The notes below the pieces were generated by a model. That model made no database searches, was not told the DNA's origin, and was given only the letters and a program-made list of their open reading frames with translations. A stretch of 64,000 nucleotides of DNA from an uncultured virus (IMG/VR IMGVR_UViG_3300038312_000089) (Duplodnaviria; Heunggongvirae; Uroviricota; Caudoviricetes): IMG/VR virus record IMGVR_UViG_3300038312_000089; one strand, 5' to 3'. A program made the position numbers and the translations under genes. How positions within the stretch are numbered: position 1 is the first letter of the stretch; each line of letters starts with the position of its first letter. Below are positions 1-9,828 of the stretch, piece after piece.

Positions 1-279
1 GATGCCGCGAGAATCCGCCTCCGCAAGAACGCAAGCGGAACGGGTGACGGCTTGTTACGGCTCAACGGAGCGGAGTACGCCACCGCTACAGACGGCTCGA
101 TTGTGATTGATGATTTTACCACTGGCGACATCGAGATAAAGCTCATGGCAGCGGCAACACAGGAGCTTGTTCCGGGCAACTATGTTTACGATATCCAGCT
201 CATTACCGCAAACGAGGTGAAGACGCTAACATCGGGCGTGTGCAAGGTGACTGCGGATGTAACCAGGGCGACGGCATGA
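1..279 (+). CDS. 3' end of a long tail fibre/tip protein (partial; paralog of 32033..34156)
   Basis: Translation aligns with the C-terminus of 32033..34156 (LRLNGAEYATATDGSIVIDD...ADVTRA); first 98 nt are identical to 33878..33975. Confidence 0.8.
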   Translation, partial: DAARIRLRKNASGTGDGLLRLNGAEYATATDGSIVIDDFTTGDIEIKLMAAATQELVPGNYVYDIQLITANEVKTLTSGVCKVTADVTRATA

Positions 280-1076
280 CCGGCACACTATTAGTTGTAC
301 TCTCGGATACTCATATCGGTAGCAGTACCGCTGTATCGCCGCTATCCTTCACGGTCCATAACCGCTCAAGTTACGAAGCGCAGGTTATGGAAGCCAACCG
401 CCTCCAACGCTGGCTTTACACGAACTGGGTTGACTTCTTCGAGTACGTCAAAGAGAGAAAGAAAAAGAAACGCGTTATTGTTGTGCACCTGGGTGACGTA
501 ATAGATTTTAACCATCACGGGAGTACGCAGTTAGTGCAGGAAGTCGGCGATCAGGTGAAAATGGCAGTCGAGTTGTTAGAACCTTACCGCAACCTGGCTT
601 CCACCTTTGTCGGCATTCTTGGGACCGCCGCTCACGCCGGGCAAGACCACGCCACAGAAGTTGACTTGTACCGGCAACTCGGCGCGGATTACATTGAGCA
701 GCAGATGACCGTTGACATTGACGGCGTGACAGTTGATTTGGCTCACCACGGCAGGATTGGCACGCGCCCCTGGACTTCCGGCGCGGCAAGTCTGGCAAGC
801 GAGATTATGCTCGATTATGCGCAAAGTGGGATACCCTTGCCTAACTATATATTCCGTGGGCACTATCATCAGATTGATGACAGCGGTGGCAAGTTCGTCA
901 ATACGCGACTGATTCAGTGTCCGAGTTGGCAGTTGAAGACCACATTTTCAAACCGAGTCGCTGGCAATACAAGACGCTCTGACATCGGCGCGATATTGCT
1001 CAATGGCGGCAAGTTGGATCTAAGCAAGGCGCGTTACAAGGGGCAACCTGACGGGAGGAAAATAATTTGTCTATGA
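276..1076 (+). CDS. Calcineurin-like metallophosphoesterase
   Basis: SDTHIG, GDVID and GHYH metal-binding motifs; ATG at 276 overlaps the upstream stop. Confidence 0.8.
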   Translation: MTGTLLVVLSDTHIGSSTAVSPLSFTVHNRSSYEAQVMEANRLQRWLYTNWVDFFEYVKERKKKKRVIVVHLGDVIDFNHHGSTQLVQEVGDQVKMAVELLEPYRNLASTFVGILGTAAHAGQDHATEVDLYRQLGADYIEQQMTVDIDGVTVDLAHHGRIGTRPWTSGAASLASEIMLDYAQSGIPLPNYIFRGHYHQIDDSGGKFVNTRLIQCPSWQLKTTFSNRVAGNTRRSDIGAILLNGGKLDLSKARYKGQPDGRKIICL

Positions 1077-1294
1077 CCGAATACGAACTACTTGAAGAAC
1101 TGGCAAAGGAACTCTACCTGCCATCGCTTGACGCGGATGAAGTTACCGCCGCAATGGTTGCGGATTACACCGGAGTAAGCACCTCGCAGGCAATGCGCAC
1201 CTTACGAGCCAAAGAGTCGGCTGGCTTGCTCACGTCACGAATGGTCAAGATGCCGAATAATCATCCGGCTCGTGCTTACAGGAAGGCGGCGTAA
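1073..1294 (+). CDS. Small winged-HTH DNA-binding protein
   Basis: TAAMVADYTGVSTSQAMRTLRAKESAGLL is HTH-like; coupled to the upstream gene. Confidence 0.6.
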   Translation: MTEYELLEELAKELYLPSLDADEVTAAMVADYTGVSTSQAMRTLRAKESAGLLTSRMVKMPNNHPARAYRKAA

Positions 1295-1295
1295 C

Positions 1296-1493
1296 GTGCC
1301 AGTCTATACGTATCAATGCGCATCGTGCGGTCACGAGTACGAGTATTTTCAGCACTATACGGACGACCCGATCACCGTTTGCCCTGACTGCGAAACGCCG
1401 ACCTTACGCAAGACTTACACGCCGACGCCCGTTCACTTCAAGGGGCACGGTTATTACGTAACCGACAAGTACGATCCGGCGAAGGCGGGATAA
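1296..1493 (+). CDS. FmdB-family zinc-ribbon protein
   Basis: (M)PVYTYQCASCG...CPDC...FKGHGYYVTD signature. Confidence 0.8.
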   Translation: MPVYTYQCASCGHEYEYFQHYTDDPITVCPDCETPTLRKTYTPTPVHFKGHGYYVTDKYDPAKAG

Positions 1494-1675
1494 TGACCGA
1501 TGATATTCACGTTATACCAGTTTACGACTTGCACGAACATATTATTGGAGCGGAATGCCCTTGCGAGCCAACGGTAGAAGTCGAGGGCGCAATTCTGATT
1601 TACACTCACAATTCTTGGGATTGTCGTGAGGCGGTTGAGTGGGCTGAAGAGTTGTTGCACTTGCAACCTCAATAA
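1493..1675 (+). CDS. Small Cys/His-rich hypothetical protein
   Basis: Coupled ORF with HxxxxxCxCxP and H-N-S-W-D pattern. Confidence 0.55.
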   Translation: MTDDIHVIPVYDLHEHIIGAECPCEPTVEVEGAILIYTHNSWDCREAVEWAEELLHLQPQ

Positions 1676-1701
1676 CGCCTATTTGCAGTTATAACTGAAT
1701 C

Positions 1702-1870
1702 GGGGGTGACGGGCATCGTCGCAAAATTAGTTTAGGCAGCGATGTGGACAGAGAGTGGTTTGCGCAGACCCACACGCTGACAGTAAACAAAACGAGAGTT
1801 TTGAGCCGGTGCAATTCCGGTCTCGCTTAACAATTTTGTGAACGGCGGTTCGACTCCGCCCACCTCCACA
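1702..1870 (+). ncRNA. ssrA: Miniature tmRNA-like RNA (Ala acceptor stem, T-arm, P2 helix, short tag ORF)
   Basis: GGGGGTG/CACCTCC-A acceptor stem with G3:U wobble; T-arm GGCGG-TTCGACT-CCGCC; helix CGCAAAATT/AATTTTGTG; internal frame 1783..1830 VNKTRVLSRCNSGLA*. Confidence 0.75.
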
Positions 1871-1930
1871 GCCTCGTCTACCATGCGTAGAAAGAGATCT
1901 TTCACCGCTGATTAGGCGGTGAATGCATTT

Positions 1931-1962
1931 AAAAAAGCACCTACTGAATGCGGGTGCTTTTT
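1931..1962. terminator. Intrinsic terminator, probably bidirectional
   Basis: AAAAAAGCACC-loop-GGTGCTTTTT; preceded by a second hairpin TTCACCGC/GCGGTGAA. Confidence 0.75.
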
Positions 1963-2016
1963 GTTATACTCACAACGCAATCGCGAGACTAATTTCAATA
2001 TTGGTGCACAAAACGC

Positions 2017-2044
2017 TTGACATCTGCTCATAATTGTGTATAAT
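2017..2044 (+). promoter_or_regulatory. Consensus sigma70 promoter for the phage A early operon
   Basis: TTGACA-16 nt-TATAAT, then AGGAG RBS before ATG 2101. Confidence 0.8.
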
Positions 2045-2100
2045 CAACACAAAAATAAGAATTACCTAAAATTAAAAGATTAATATCAGAAAAGGAGCAT

Positions 2101-2289
2101 ATGTACGATAGATCAGATTTACACCTCATCCAGCAAGATTCAGAAAATCCGCAATCCAAGATCACCTGCCCAAAATGCGAGAGTTATCTCGTGGAGAGGC
2201 AGGGCGACCCGTGGACGTACACCTGTTTGGACTGTCTGAACACGTTTTCAGTCGGTCCAATGGACGATGACGATTCAATTCCATTTTAG
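2101..2289 (+). CDS. Small zinc-ribbon protein with acidic DDSIPF tail
   Basis: CPKC...CLDC; C-terminus resembles the SSB-Ct motif. Confidence 0.6.
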   Translation: MYDRSDLHLIQQDSENPQSKITCPKCESYLVERQGDPWTYTCLDCLNTFSVGPMDDDDSIPF

Positions 2290-2301
2290 AGAGGAGCAAC
2301 A

Positions 2302-2562
2302 ATGAACAACACCGCGTACAAGTTGAGAAAAATTTTGGAATCTGTCGAGCGTGTGATGAAAAGATATAACCCAGAGCGAGACCTTATCCCTAACACGCCG
2401 AGCGTCACGCATTCGGACATGACTGCATTAGAGGCGGTATCGGAACTAACAAAAATTGTTATGGGATTAGTTAGTGTGGTCGAAGGACTGCAGGAACGAG
2501 CGTTGGCAGATGACAGCGGAAGTTACGACGGTTTGATACCAGACGAGGAGCAGAAATGTTAG
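2302..2562 (+). CDS. Hypothetical protein
   Basis: RBS GAGGAG; operon context. Confidence 0.55.
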   Translation: MNNTAYKLRKILESVERVMKRYNPERDLIPNTPSVTHSDMTALEAVSELTKIVMGLVSVVEGLQERALADDSGSYDGLIPDEEQKC

Positions 2563-2843
2563 CAGAGTTTTTCGTAGGATTCGGAATTATCTGCATCCCG
2601 ATAACCCTGGGCGCACTGGCAACCGGCATTATCGAGACGATCCGAGAGCGGAGGGTGAGATGACTAACAACTATCGCGAACACTACATTTTCCAGCTCAA
2701 AAAGGAAAACCAGTCCCTGTGGGGAGAGTTGTCCGAGTTAGATCGGAACAGCCCTGAGTACAAATGCGTTAGAAAGGAGATCGAAAAAAACGACACTGAA
2801 ATATCCGCAATGCAAGACATCATCAAGAGAGCAAAGGAGCAAA

Positions 2844-3503
2844 ATGAACAAGTCAGAATCAATTCAGAACTTATCAGCAGCCTTATCTAAGGCACAAGCG
2901 GAAATGCCTGCTATCAAGTTTGACAGCAAGAATCCGTTTCTCAAAAACGATTATGCCAGTTTAGGCGCGATTATAGCGGGGGCGCGACCCGTAATCGCGA
3001 AGCACGGTTTGTCAGTCAGTCAACTCACTTTTGGCGAAGAGGGCGTGGCTGGCGTTGAAACCGTGCTAATGCATACATCCGGCGAATGGATCAGCAGTTC
3101 TATCTCAATGCCAGTCGGCGAAGAAAAAGGCAAATCCAGCGCACAGGTTGCAGGTTCAATTGTAACCTACTTGCGCCGGTATTCTCTCGCTTCAATACTT
3201 GGTATCTATTCAGACGAAGACGGTGACGGCAATAAAGTTGAACCGGAACGCAAGCCGACCCGGGTTGCATTGCCGAAAGAAAAATCAGTTGACGATCCGA
3301 TGACCATTGAACGCGCAATGAAAGTCCAGAATAGCGAAGGCGTAAGTTACGGTGACATTCCCAACGACAAGTTGCAAGCGATGATTATCGGAATCAACAA
3401 GGGCTTGCAGAACGGTTTGGACGACGAGAAACGCGCCGAATACCTGGAAAAGAAACAGGCTATCGGTGTCATTCTCAAAGCGCGCGCTAACAAAGAAATT
3501 TAG
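2844..3503 (+). CDS. erf: ERF-family ssDNA-annealing recombinase
   Basis: KNPFLKNDYASL and GSIVTYLRRYSLASILGI...EDGDG motifs. Confidence 0.9.
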   Translation: MNKSESIQNLSAALSKAQAEMPAIKFDSKNPFLKNDYASLGAIIAGARPVIAKHGLSVSQLTFGEEGVAGVETVLMHTSGEWISSSISMPVGEEKGKSSAQVAGSIVTYLRRYSLASILGIYSDEDGDGNKVEPERKPTRVALPKEKSVDDPMTIERAMKVQNSEGVSYGDIPNDKLQAMIIGINKGLQNGLDDEKRAEYLEKKQAIGVILKARANKEI

Positions 3504-3572
3504 GCGCGGGTTTCCTCCTCCTTTTCCCGCGAAGCCTGCTGGCCGGCTTGGTAGACCAGCAGAAAGATTGAG

Positions 3573-3944
3573 ATGGACATTTACGAAAAGATTGAAAAAT
3601 ATTCAGATTTAGGTGTAGGAATTGACCTGATTAATCAAGAAAAACAATCACTAATTGATCAAGTTTTGACGCAAGAAATCAAAGAAAAACTTGCAGAAAT
3701 TGATGCAGAATTTGATCCAAAAATTGAGCAACTTTCGCAAGAAAAATCAATGCTGGAAGCCGACATCAAACAGGAAGTTTTGACCGCTGGCAGAACCGTC
3801 AAAGGCACATATCACAGCTTTGTTTGGTCGAAACCGCGCGTAAGCTGGGACACGAAAGCCCTGGACGGTTACGCCGCAGCTCATCCCGAAATCCAGGTAT
3901 TCCGGAGTGAAGGTTCTGCAAGCGTGAGTGTGAGGCGGGCATGA
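3573..3944 (+). CDS. Gam/Gp157-like coiled-coil protein
   Basis: Coiled coil plus VSWDTKAL...SVSVR C-terminus, next to ERF. Confidence 0.45.
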   Translation: MDIYEKIEKYSDLGVGIDLINQEKQSLIDQVLTQEIKEKLAEIDAEFDPKIEQLSQEKSMLEADIKQEVLTAGRTVKGTYHSFVWSKPRVSWDTKALDGYAAAHPEIQVFRSEGSASVSVRRA

Positions 3945-4321
3945 ATCCCAGCGACTACTACCGCATGAAATCTGCTGAAATCAAGGAAGCCGACATCCGC
4001 CTGGTTGCCGCTTGTATGAGCGACCACGTTGGCGAAGAAAACGCTGTCAGGCTGGAATCGCTTGTCTCACGAAGTGGATTAGGTGAACGCCAGGTACGAG
4101 ACATCCTCGAAGTATTGGTCAAGGATTATGGATGGCCGATAGGTGCTCACGCTGGCAAAGCGGGGCGTTGGATTATCGAGACCGAGCAGGAACGCTGGCA
4201 CGTTGCCAATGAACTGTTGAGCCGCGAGAATGAGTTGAGAGCACGCCGAAAGGCAATCGAACAGGCACAGTTACCGGCTCGATTGGAGCTCGATAGAGCA
4301 CCGCAAATGGGGCTGTTCTGA
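3941..4321 (+). CDS. Winged-HTH protein (distant homolog of 38766..39140)
   Basis: HTH-like segment, AGKAGRW, ends QMGLF; precedes the replication gene as in phage B. Confidence 0.5.
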   Translation: MNPSDYYRMKSAEIKEADIRLVAACMSDHVGEENAVRLESLVSRSGLGERQVRDILEVLVKDYGWPIGAHAGKAGRWIIETEQERWHVANELLSRENELRARRKAIEQAQLPARLELDRAPQMGLF

Positions 4322-5100
4322 TGGCATACACAAACACTGATTACAGTTTCTGGACTAATCCAAAAGTCAGGGCAGCTGGTAAAGACGCGGCGTTCCTTTA
4401 CATTGCTGGCAATGGTTTTTGTAACGAGTATCTAACGGACGGCTTCATTTCAGACACCGACATCGAAACAGTTGCTTTCAACGCATTCCAGCGACAGCCA
4501 AAAAAAGCGGTTGAATCGTTAGTCAGAGCGGGATTGTGGGATCGCGTTCCTGGCGGTTATCAAATTCACGACTATCTGGACTACAACAAAAGCAAGCAAG
4601 AGATTGAAGAATTGCGAAGCAAAAAATCATATGCTGGTAAGAAGAGCGGTCAAGCACGTGCTCAAGCAAGTGCTCAAGCACGTGCTGAACCAGATGATAT
4701 AGCACCTGCTCAAGCACCTGCTCAAGCAAAAACCAAGCAATATAACTATGTCTCTATATCTAATCTAAATAATACTACTCTACCCCCCTTACCCCCCAAC
4801 GAAATTGTTCAATTTGGGAATGTCTATAATGACATAACCGGCAATGATCCGCAATTCACGCCGGAAGAAGTTGACGCTATTCAGGAAATCATCAAGGCTG
4901 GAGGCACGACCGCCGATTACCGCAAGGCTCTTGAAGGTATGCGAGCAAAGCGCTACACAGTTACCACGATGGCATCTGCGTTGAAGTGGACGCTTGGCGA
5001 TATTGAGAAGCGCAACAATGGTTACAAGCCTACGAAACAACTTAGCGCCGGTCTGGATGAGATTCTGGCAGACGCGCCGATATTCGCGGAGGACAAATGA
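4321..5100 (+). CDS. Phage replication initiator
   Basis: N-terminal TDGFI...LVRAGLW...YQIHDYLDYN domain; internal iteron repeats. Confidence 0.75.
   Translation: MAYTNTDYSFWTNPKVRAAGKDAAFLYIAGNGFCNEYLTDGFISDTDIETVAFNAFQRQPKKAVESLVRAGLWDRVPGGYQIHDYLDYNKSKQEIEELRSKKSYAGKKSGQARAQASAQARAEPDDIAPAQAPAQAKTKQYNYVSISNLNNTTLPPLPPNEIVQFGNVYNDITGNDPQFTPEEVDAIQEIIKAGGTTADYRKALEGMRAKRYTVTTMASALKWTLGDIEKRNNGYKPTKQLSAGLDEILADAPIFAEDK
4650..4728. repeat. 12-nt iteron array (TCAAGCAcgTGC), putative origin of phage A
   Basis: About five copies inside the initiator gene, followed by AT-rich sequence. Confidence 0.7.
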
Positions 5101-5284
5101 GCACACAATCTATGAGAGCAGAACAGGCGAGATTTGAGACGTGCCAGAATTGCAAGCGGTGGCATAAATGGGATTTTGATCCTAATGATGAATTTGGCAG
5201 GTGTGGCAAGTATGGACAGCGCTATGCTATGACGCGCGCTTATGACACATGCGTAAATTTCAAGGCGAAAAAAGAGGCGAAGGC

Positions 5285-5710
5285 ATGAGCACGCTTGCAG
5301 AAACTACGTTGGTCATGAAACGGCTCTCGTCTGCTTACGGCCAACCGGTAGACATTGAGCGAGCACGAGCTTACCATCAGGTACTCGGTCACAATTCACG
5401 AATGGTGTTGGCAGAAGCGGCGACAATCTCATTGACTCGTGGGTCGCAATTCTTGCCGAAGCCGGTTGAGTTGATCGAGATCATCCAGCGTAACAACCTG
5501 ACCACTCGGTGGATGGGTGCTGACAAGTTCGATGAGCGGGCTTGGTGGCTTGCGTTTGTGAAAGGCTATGTCACAAGCGATGAGTTCAGCCAGGCTGACG
5601 TTGACACCATTTATTCAGGCGTGAAGGGTTATGAGCCATACAAGGAAGTCAAACAAATACCCGATAGCCCTGAAAAATGGCGCAAGGCGTATGAGCAGGT
5701 GACGAAATGA
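5285..5710 (+). CDS. Helicase loader/inhibitor-like protein
   Basis: Follows the initiator; AYG...FLPKPVEL pattern. Confidence 0.5.
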   Translation: MSTLAETTLVMKRLSSAYGQPVDIERARAYHQVLGHNSRMVLAEAATISLTRGSQFLPKPVELIEIIQRNNLTTRWMGADKFDERAWWLAFVKGYVTSDEFSQADVDTIYSGVKGYEPYKEVKQIPDSPEKWRKAYEQVTK

Positions 5711-5885
5711 CCGCCTCTCACATTTGCGCAGATTGCAAGTATTTTAAAACCTCGTTCACAGTACCACGAGGGTCGGAACCAAAAGAGATCATATTCGAAT
5801 GTCAGCAAGGGCACGCGCCGATAGCATGGTTCAACGGCGAGAATTGCCAGGAATATCAACCTAATCAATCAGAGCAACAGGAGCA

Positions 5886-6440
5886 ATGATGGAATTTAGG
5901 AAATTTGACAAGATCGCAAGGCTATCCCGTGAGATTGTGGTCACGGAAAAAATTGACGGCACGAACGGCTTAATTGCCATTGGTGAGGATGGCGAGTTTC
6001 AAGTTGGCTCTCGTAATCAATGGATCACGCCAGAAAAAGATAACGCTGGTTTTGCAAGGTGGGCATACGCTCATAAGGATGAATTAATGCAACTGGGAGT
6101 AGGCTTTCACTATGGCGAATGGTGGGGACAAGGCATTCAACGTGGATACGGCTTGAAAGAAAAGCGTTTCAGCCTGTTCAATACTTCCCGTTGGTCTGAT
6201 GATACTGTGCGCCCTGCCTGCTGTCACGTTGTGCCAGTTTTGTACACAGGCATTTTTGACACGGAGATGATTCAGATTTGGCTGGATTGGCTTGGTCGCT
6301 GTGGGAGCGTGGCTGCCCCGGGGTTTATGAATCCAGAAGGGGTGGTTATCTACCACGTTGCAGGAAACGTCTACTTCAAAAAGACAATCGTAGGGGATGA
6401 TCAACCGAAATCAATCAATCAAAAACAGGAGCAAAAATGA
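5886..6440 (+). CDS. Compact RNA ligase (Rnl2-like adenylyltransferase domain)
   Basis: TEKIDGTN motif I, GSR, YGEW, EGVV, FKK. Confidence 0.85.
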   Translation: MMEFRKFDKIARLSREIVVTEKIDGTNGLIAIGEDGEFQVGSRNQWITPEKDNAGFARWAYAHKDELMQLGVGFHYGEWWGQGIQRGYGLKEKRFSLFNTSRWSDDTVRPACCHVVPVLYTGIFDTEMIQIWLDWLGRCGSVAAPGFMNPEGVVIYHVAGNVYFKKTIVGDDQPKSINQKQEQK

Positions 6441-6931
6441 CAAGTCATTTAATGTGTAGTCATTGCAAAGCAGATAAATCAGTAGACGAGTTTTCGGTTC
6501 ATAGTCGTAATAAAAATAGGGAAGGGAGGGCTTATGTTTGTAAAGAGTGCGATAACAGTGAGAAAAGAAATTCGTACATTCCAAAAGTTAGAAAATATTC
6601 AAGTAACATATCGCGATTTGAAAAATCATACCGAGTCAATCCGGTTACAGGTTGTTGGGATTGGATTCGTTCAACTTGTAATGATGGATATGGAGAGTTT
6701 TCATTCAGGAGCGTAACAGACAACAAAATGAAAATTGTTCGCGCAAACAGAGTCGCTTGGATGCTTTTTCGTGGAGAGATTCCTGACGGATATTATGTTT
6801 GTCACAAGTGTGACAATCCAAAATGTGTAAACCCCGATCACTTATTTATTGGAACGCCTGCGGACAACTCGAAAGACATGGTAAACAAAAACAGACAATT
6901 CAAAGGGAGTAGAAAATGTATTCAAAAATAA
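6437..6931 (+). CDS. Free-standing HNH endonuclease with N-terminal zinc finger
   Basis: [35 protein letters not shown]. Confidence 0.9.
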   Translation: MTSHLMCSHCKADKSVDEFSVHSRNKNREGRAYVCKECDNSEKRNSYIPKVRKYSSNISRFEKSYRVNPVTGCWDWIRSTCNDGYGEFSFRSVTDNKMKIVRANRVAWMLFRGEIPDGYYVCHKCDNPKCVNPDHLFIGTPADNSKDMVNKNRQFKGSRKCIQK

Positions 6932-7287
6932 TTATTATCGGCAATTTAGGACGCGATCCAGAACTTAGATTTTTGACAGACGGCACACCCGTCACGACAT
7001 TCTCAGTAGCGACTTCGCGCAAGTTCGGCGACAAAGACGAGACCACCTGGTTTCGCGTTACTGTTTGGAACAAGCAAGCGGAGTCGTGCAACCAATATCT
7101 GCACAAAGGCTCGAAGGTGTTGGTCGAGGGTCGCTTGAGACCAGACGAAAGTGGCAATCCCACCGTGTTCCAGCGCAAGGATGGTAGTTGGGGCGCAAGT
7201 TACGAGGTAACGGCGGAAACCGTGCGATTTTTGACACCGAAGGGCGAAGAAAATGCCGCGGCGGTTGATGAAGAATATCCGTTTTAG
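6916..7287 (+). CDS. ssb: Single-stranded DNA-binding protein
   Basis: [24 protein letters not shown], acidic EEYPF tail. Confidence 0.95.
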   Translation: MYSKIIIIGNLGRDPELRFLTDGTPVTTFSVATSRKFGDKDETTWFRVTVWNKQAESCNQYLHKGSKVLVEGRLRPDESGNPTVFQRKDGSWGASYEVTAETVRFLTPKGEENAAAVDEEYPF

Positions 7288-7657
7288 GAGAGGTGAGAAA
7301 TGACAGAAAAATCAAAAGTTGTTTTTAAAAAGTGCAATGGATTCTACCGAGTTTATGTTGACGGTTGGAATTTAGGGACAATTATTGAAGAACAGTATGA
7401 GTGGTTCTTTGAAACGTTCACGTTTACTATTCGTGCAAACAAAAAAGTGCTCCGTAAGATCGCAAAGAAGTTGAAGCAGCTGAATGGAGGTAATCAATGA
7501 GCAGAGTACGAGAGCGTTACTTATGGGTGGCGGGAATCATGTTCCTTTTCGCATGTTTAGCCCTCGCTCTTGATTGGGTCATATTGCAAACGGTGTTGGT
7601 ATATTGGATTGGCTTATGCATTGGGCGTTTCGTTGAAAGCGGTAAGGAGCGTGAACA

Positions 7658-8245
7658 ATGAGCAACTGTAAAACTTATGGCGAATGGTGCGCCGAGATCA
7701 AGCCAGACGATCCAAGAAGTGAAATTCTGAACAGCTGGCGACAAAGCGCGTACGAGCAGAACAAGCGCATTGCAGAGCTTGAGGAACAAGTCTGGAATTT
7801 GAACTTAGAAAACGAGCGATTGGAAGAAGCCTACTGGATAGACGAAACAATATCACCTGATGGGACGTTGAAGCCGAGTGTTCGCAAATTGTTAGAACGT
7901 CTTGAAAAGGCTGAAACAGATTTGAGATTAAGTGATGATTTGGTTAAAGCGTTAGACAACCGCATTGTCAAGCTTGAGGCGGCGCAGCGCTGGAGAGTTG
8001 TTGCCGATGGAGAGTTGCCAGATGACGATGTAGAGGTATTTGTTCTGCTTTACGGGTCTTCTGTCTCCACAGGAAAGCACTATCGCGATGCGCGTCATCT
8101 TGACCTCGAAGATAATTCCTACGATCTTAACTATGTCATTGGCGACTGTTGGTTGATAGGTGATGACGAAATCACGTATGCGCAACACTGTTACAACGCA
8201 GTCACCCATTGGATGCCACTGCCACAGCCACCGGAGGTGAAATAA
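7658..8245 (+). CDS. Coiled coil plus DUF551-like domain protein
   Basis: C-terminal VTHWMPLPQPP. Confidence 0.7.
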   Translation: MSNCKTYGEWCAEIKPDDPRSEILNSWRQSAYEQNKRIAELEEQVWNLNLENERLEEAYWIDETISPDGTLKPSVRKLLERLEKAETDLRLSDDLVKALDNRIVKLEAAQRWRVVADGELPDDDVEVFVLLYGSSVSTGKHYRDARHLDLEDNSYDLNYVIGDCWLIGDDEITYAQHCYNAVTHWMPLPQPPEVK

Positions 8246-8937
8246 TGTGTAAATTTTTTAGTTTTGTAACAGACCCAGTCAACCATCCAGCAGAGTATTA
8301 CTACTTGGACTGGCAGTATCGCAAGGAAAACCTCAAAGCGGATGACGCTGACAGTCACTCGCACATCTGTAAAGAGTTTAACTTGCGTGAGGATGTGTGC
8401 AACAAGTATGAGTTCAATCCGCTGACGAAGAGGTTTGTAATTGACCAGATTAATGCCGAAAGGGACGACAGCAAAGCGGCGGAGAAATGGGCAAACCGAC
8501 TGGACTACAAGACAGTGGTTGAGCCGCTGATTATCAAACCGATTGTTAATCCGCTAGAGTCGCCAAAAGCGGAAAAACCAACCAACGAGCAGATTGGTTG
8601 GCTGAAAGAGTGGACTTCGGTCTGGACTTCGGTCGGGGCTTCGGTCTTGGATTCGGTTAGGACTTCGGCATGGGCTTCGGTCAGGGCTTCGGTCTTGGAT
8701 TCGGTTAGGGCTTCGGTCTGGGATACGGTCAGGGCTTCGGTCTTTGATTCGGTATTGGCTTCGGCATGGGCGTATATTTCAACTTTTTTCGACGTCGAGT
8801 ATAAATTCGACTATTCTTCCGCCATCAAGCTGTGGGAGTCAGGACTTGTTCCTTCATTTGACGGCACGACATGGCGGTTGCACAGTGGCGAGAACGCGGA
8901 CGTTGTGTTCGAGTGGACACCGGAGGTGAAGGAATGA
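8245..8937 (+). CDS. Phage protein with internal tetrapeptide (xxSV) repeats
   Basis: MCKFFS start; WTSV/WASV/LDSV repeats encoded by 12-nt units at 8611..8772. Confidence 0.7.
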   Translation: MCKFFSFVTDPVNHPAEYYYLDWQYRKENLKADDADSHSHICKEFNLREDVCNKYEFNPLTKRFVIDQINAERDDSKAAEKWANRLDYKTVVEPLIIKPIVNPLESPKAEKPTNEQIGWLKEWTSVWTSVGASVLDSVRTSAWASVRASVLDSVRASVWDTVRASVFDSVLASAWAYISTFFDVEYKFDYSSAIKLWESGLVPSFDGTTWRLHSGENADVVFEWTPEVKE

Positions 8938-9140
8938 ACATTATCAAAGTGATTGTGGATGAGTTGCCGAGAAGCGCAAGCAGCTGTCCTGCAACCGATA
9001 GATTTTGGCCTGGTTTCGACGAGGTGAAAGACGTTACCTGCAAGTTTACTGGTGTGGTTCAAATGAATGTATTTGAATTTTTTTCGGAACGCCGCCCGAA
9101 TTGCCCGTTGGTGGAAGCGGAAAAGGAGCGTGAGGAATGA
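8934..9140 (+). CDS. Small Cys-containing protein (shared with 40436..40630)
   Basis: CPATDRFWPGFDEVK...RPNCPL. Confidence 0.65.
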   Translation: MNIIKVIVDELPRSASSCPATDRFWPGFDEVKDVTCKFTGVVQMNVFEFFSERRPNCPLVEAEKEREE

Positions 9141-9396
9141 GTATAAGCGAAAAAGCGAATGACCTATTGAATAAATTTGGCAGAACCCAATCCGATTTTA
9201 TGGTTTGGAACACGCCAGATAATGCAGTAGCACGAGATAAAGCTCGTCAAGAAATCTCTGACTACATTGAGGAGCTTGAGGCGGAAAATGACCAACTCAC
9301 CGCTCATAGTGACATAGAGCGGCAGGGTGATAAGTCGTCTAACGATACACAAACGCAAACAATCGTGTACGGGAAAGAGAATTCGGAGGTGCAGAA

Positions 9397-9828
9397 ATGA
9401 CCAAAGACGAATTGAAATCAATATTAGAACAGCATAGGTTGTGGGTAGAAGGCAACGGAGGCAAACGGGCCGACCTGCAATATGCTAACCTGCAAGATGC
9501 TAACCTGCGAGGTGCTGACCTGCCATGCGCTGACCTGCAATATGCTAACCTGCGAGGTGCTGACCTGCGAGGTGCTGACCTGCGAGGTGCTGACCTGCTA
9601 GGTGCTGACCTGCGAGGTGCTAACCTTGATTATTCCTGCCTCCCCCTTTGGTGTGGTAGCAAGGGCATGATAGTTGACCGGCGCATTGCGGCACAAATAG
9701 CGGCTCACTTTTGCGCGTTGGATTGCGATGATGCTGACTATCAGGCGGCACGAACCGCAATATTGGAGTTCGCAAGGACGAGCCACAGGGCAATGGATTT
9801 GGGACTGGTAGAGGAGCGTGAGGAATGA
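9397..9828 (+). CDS. Pentapeptide-repeat protein
   Basis: Tandem A(D/N)Lxx repeats; 15-nt DNA repeat. Confidence 0.9.
   Translation: MTKDELKSILEQHRLWVEGNGGKRADLQYANLQDANLRGADLPCADLQYANLRGADLRGADLRGADLLGADLRGANLDYSCLPLWCGSKGMIVDRRIAAQIAAHFCALDCDDADYQAARTAILEFARTSHRAMDLGLVEEREE

Noticed and set aside
1..98. Direct terminal repeat of phage A
   Set aside because: The match continues as diverged coding homology and lies mid-gene; better explained by a shared gene or assembly overlap
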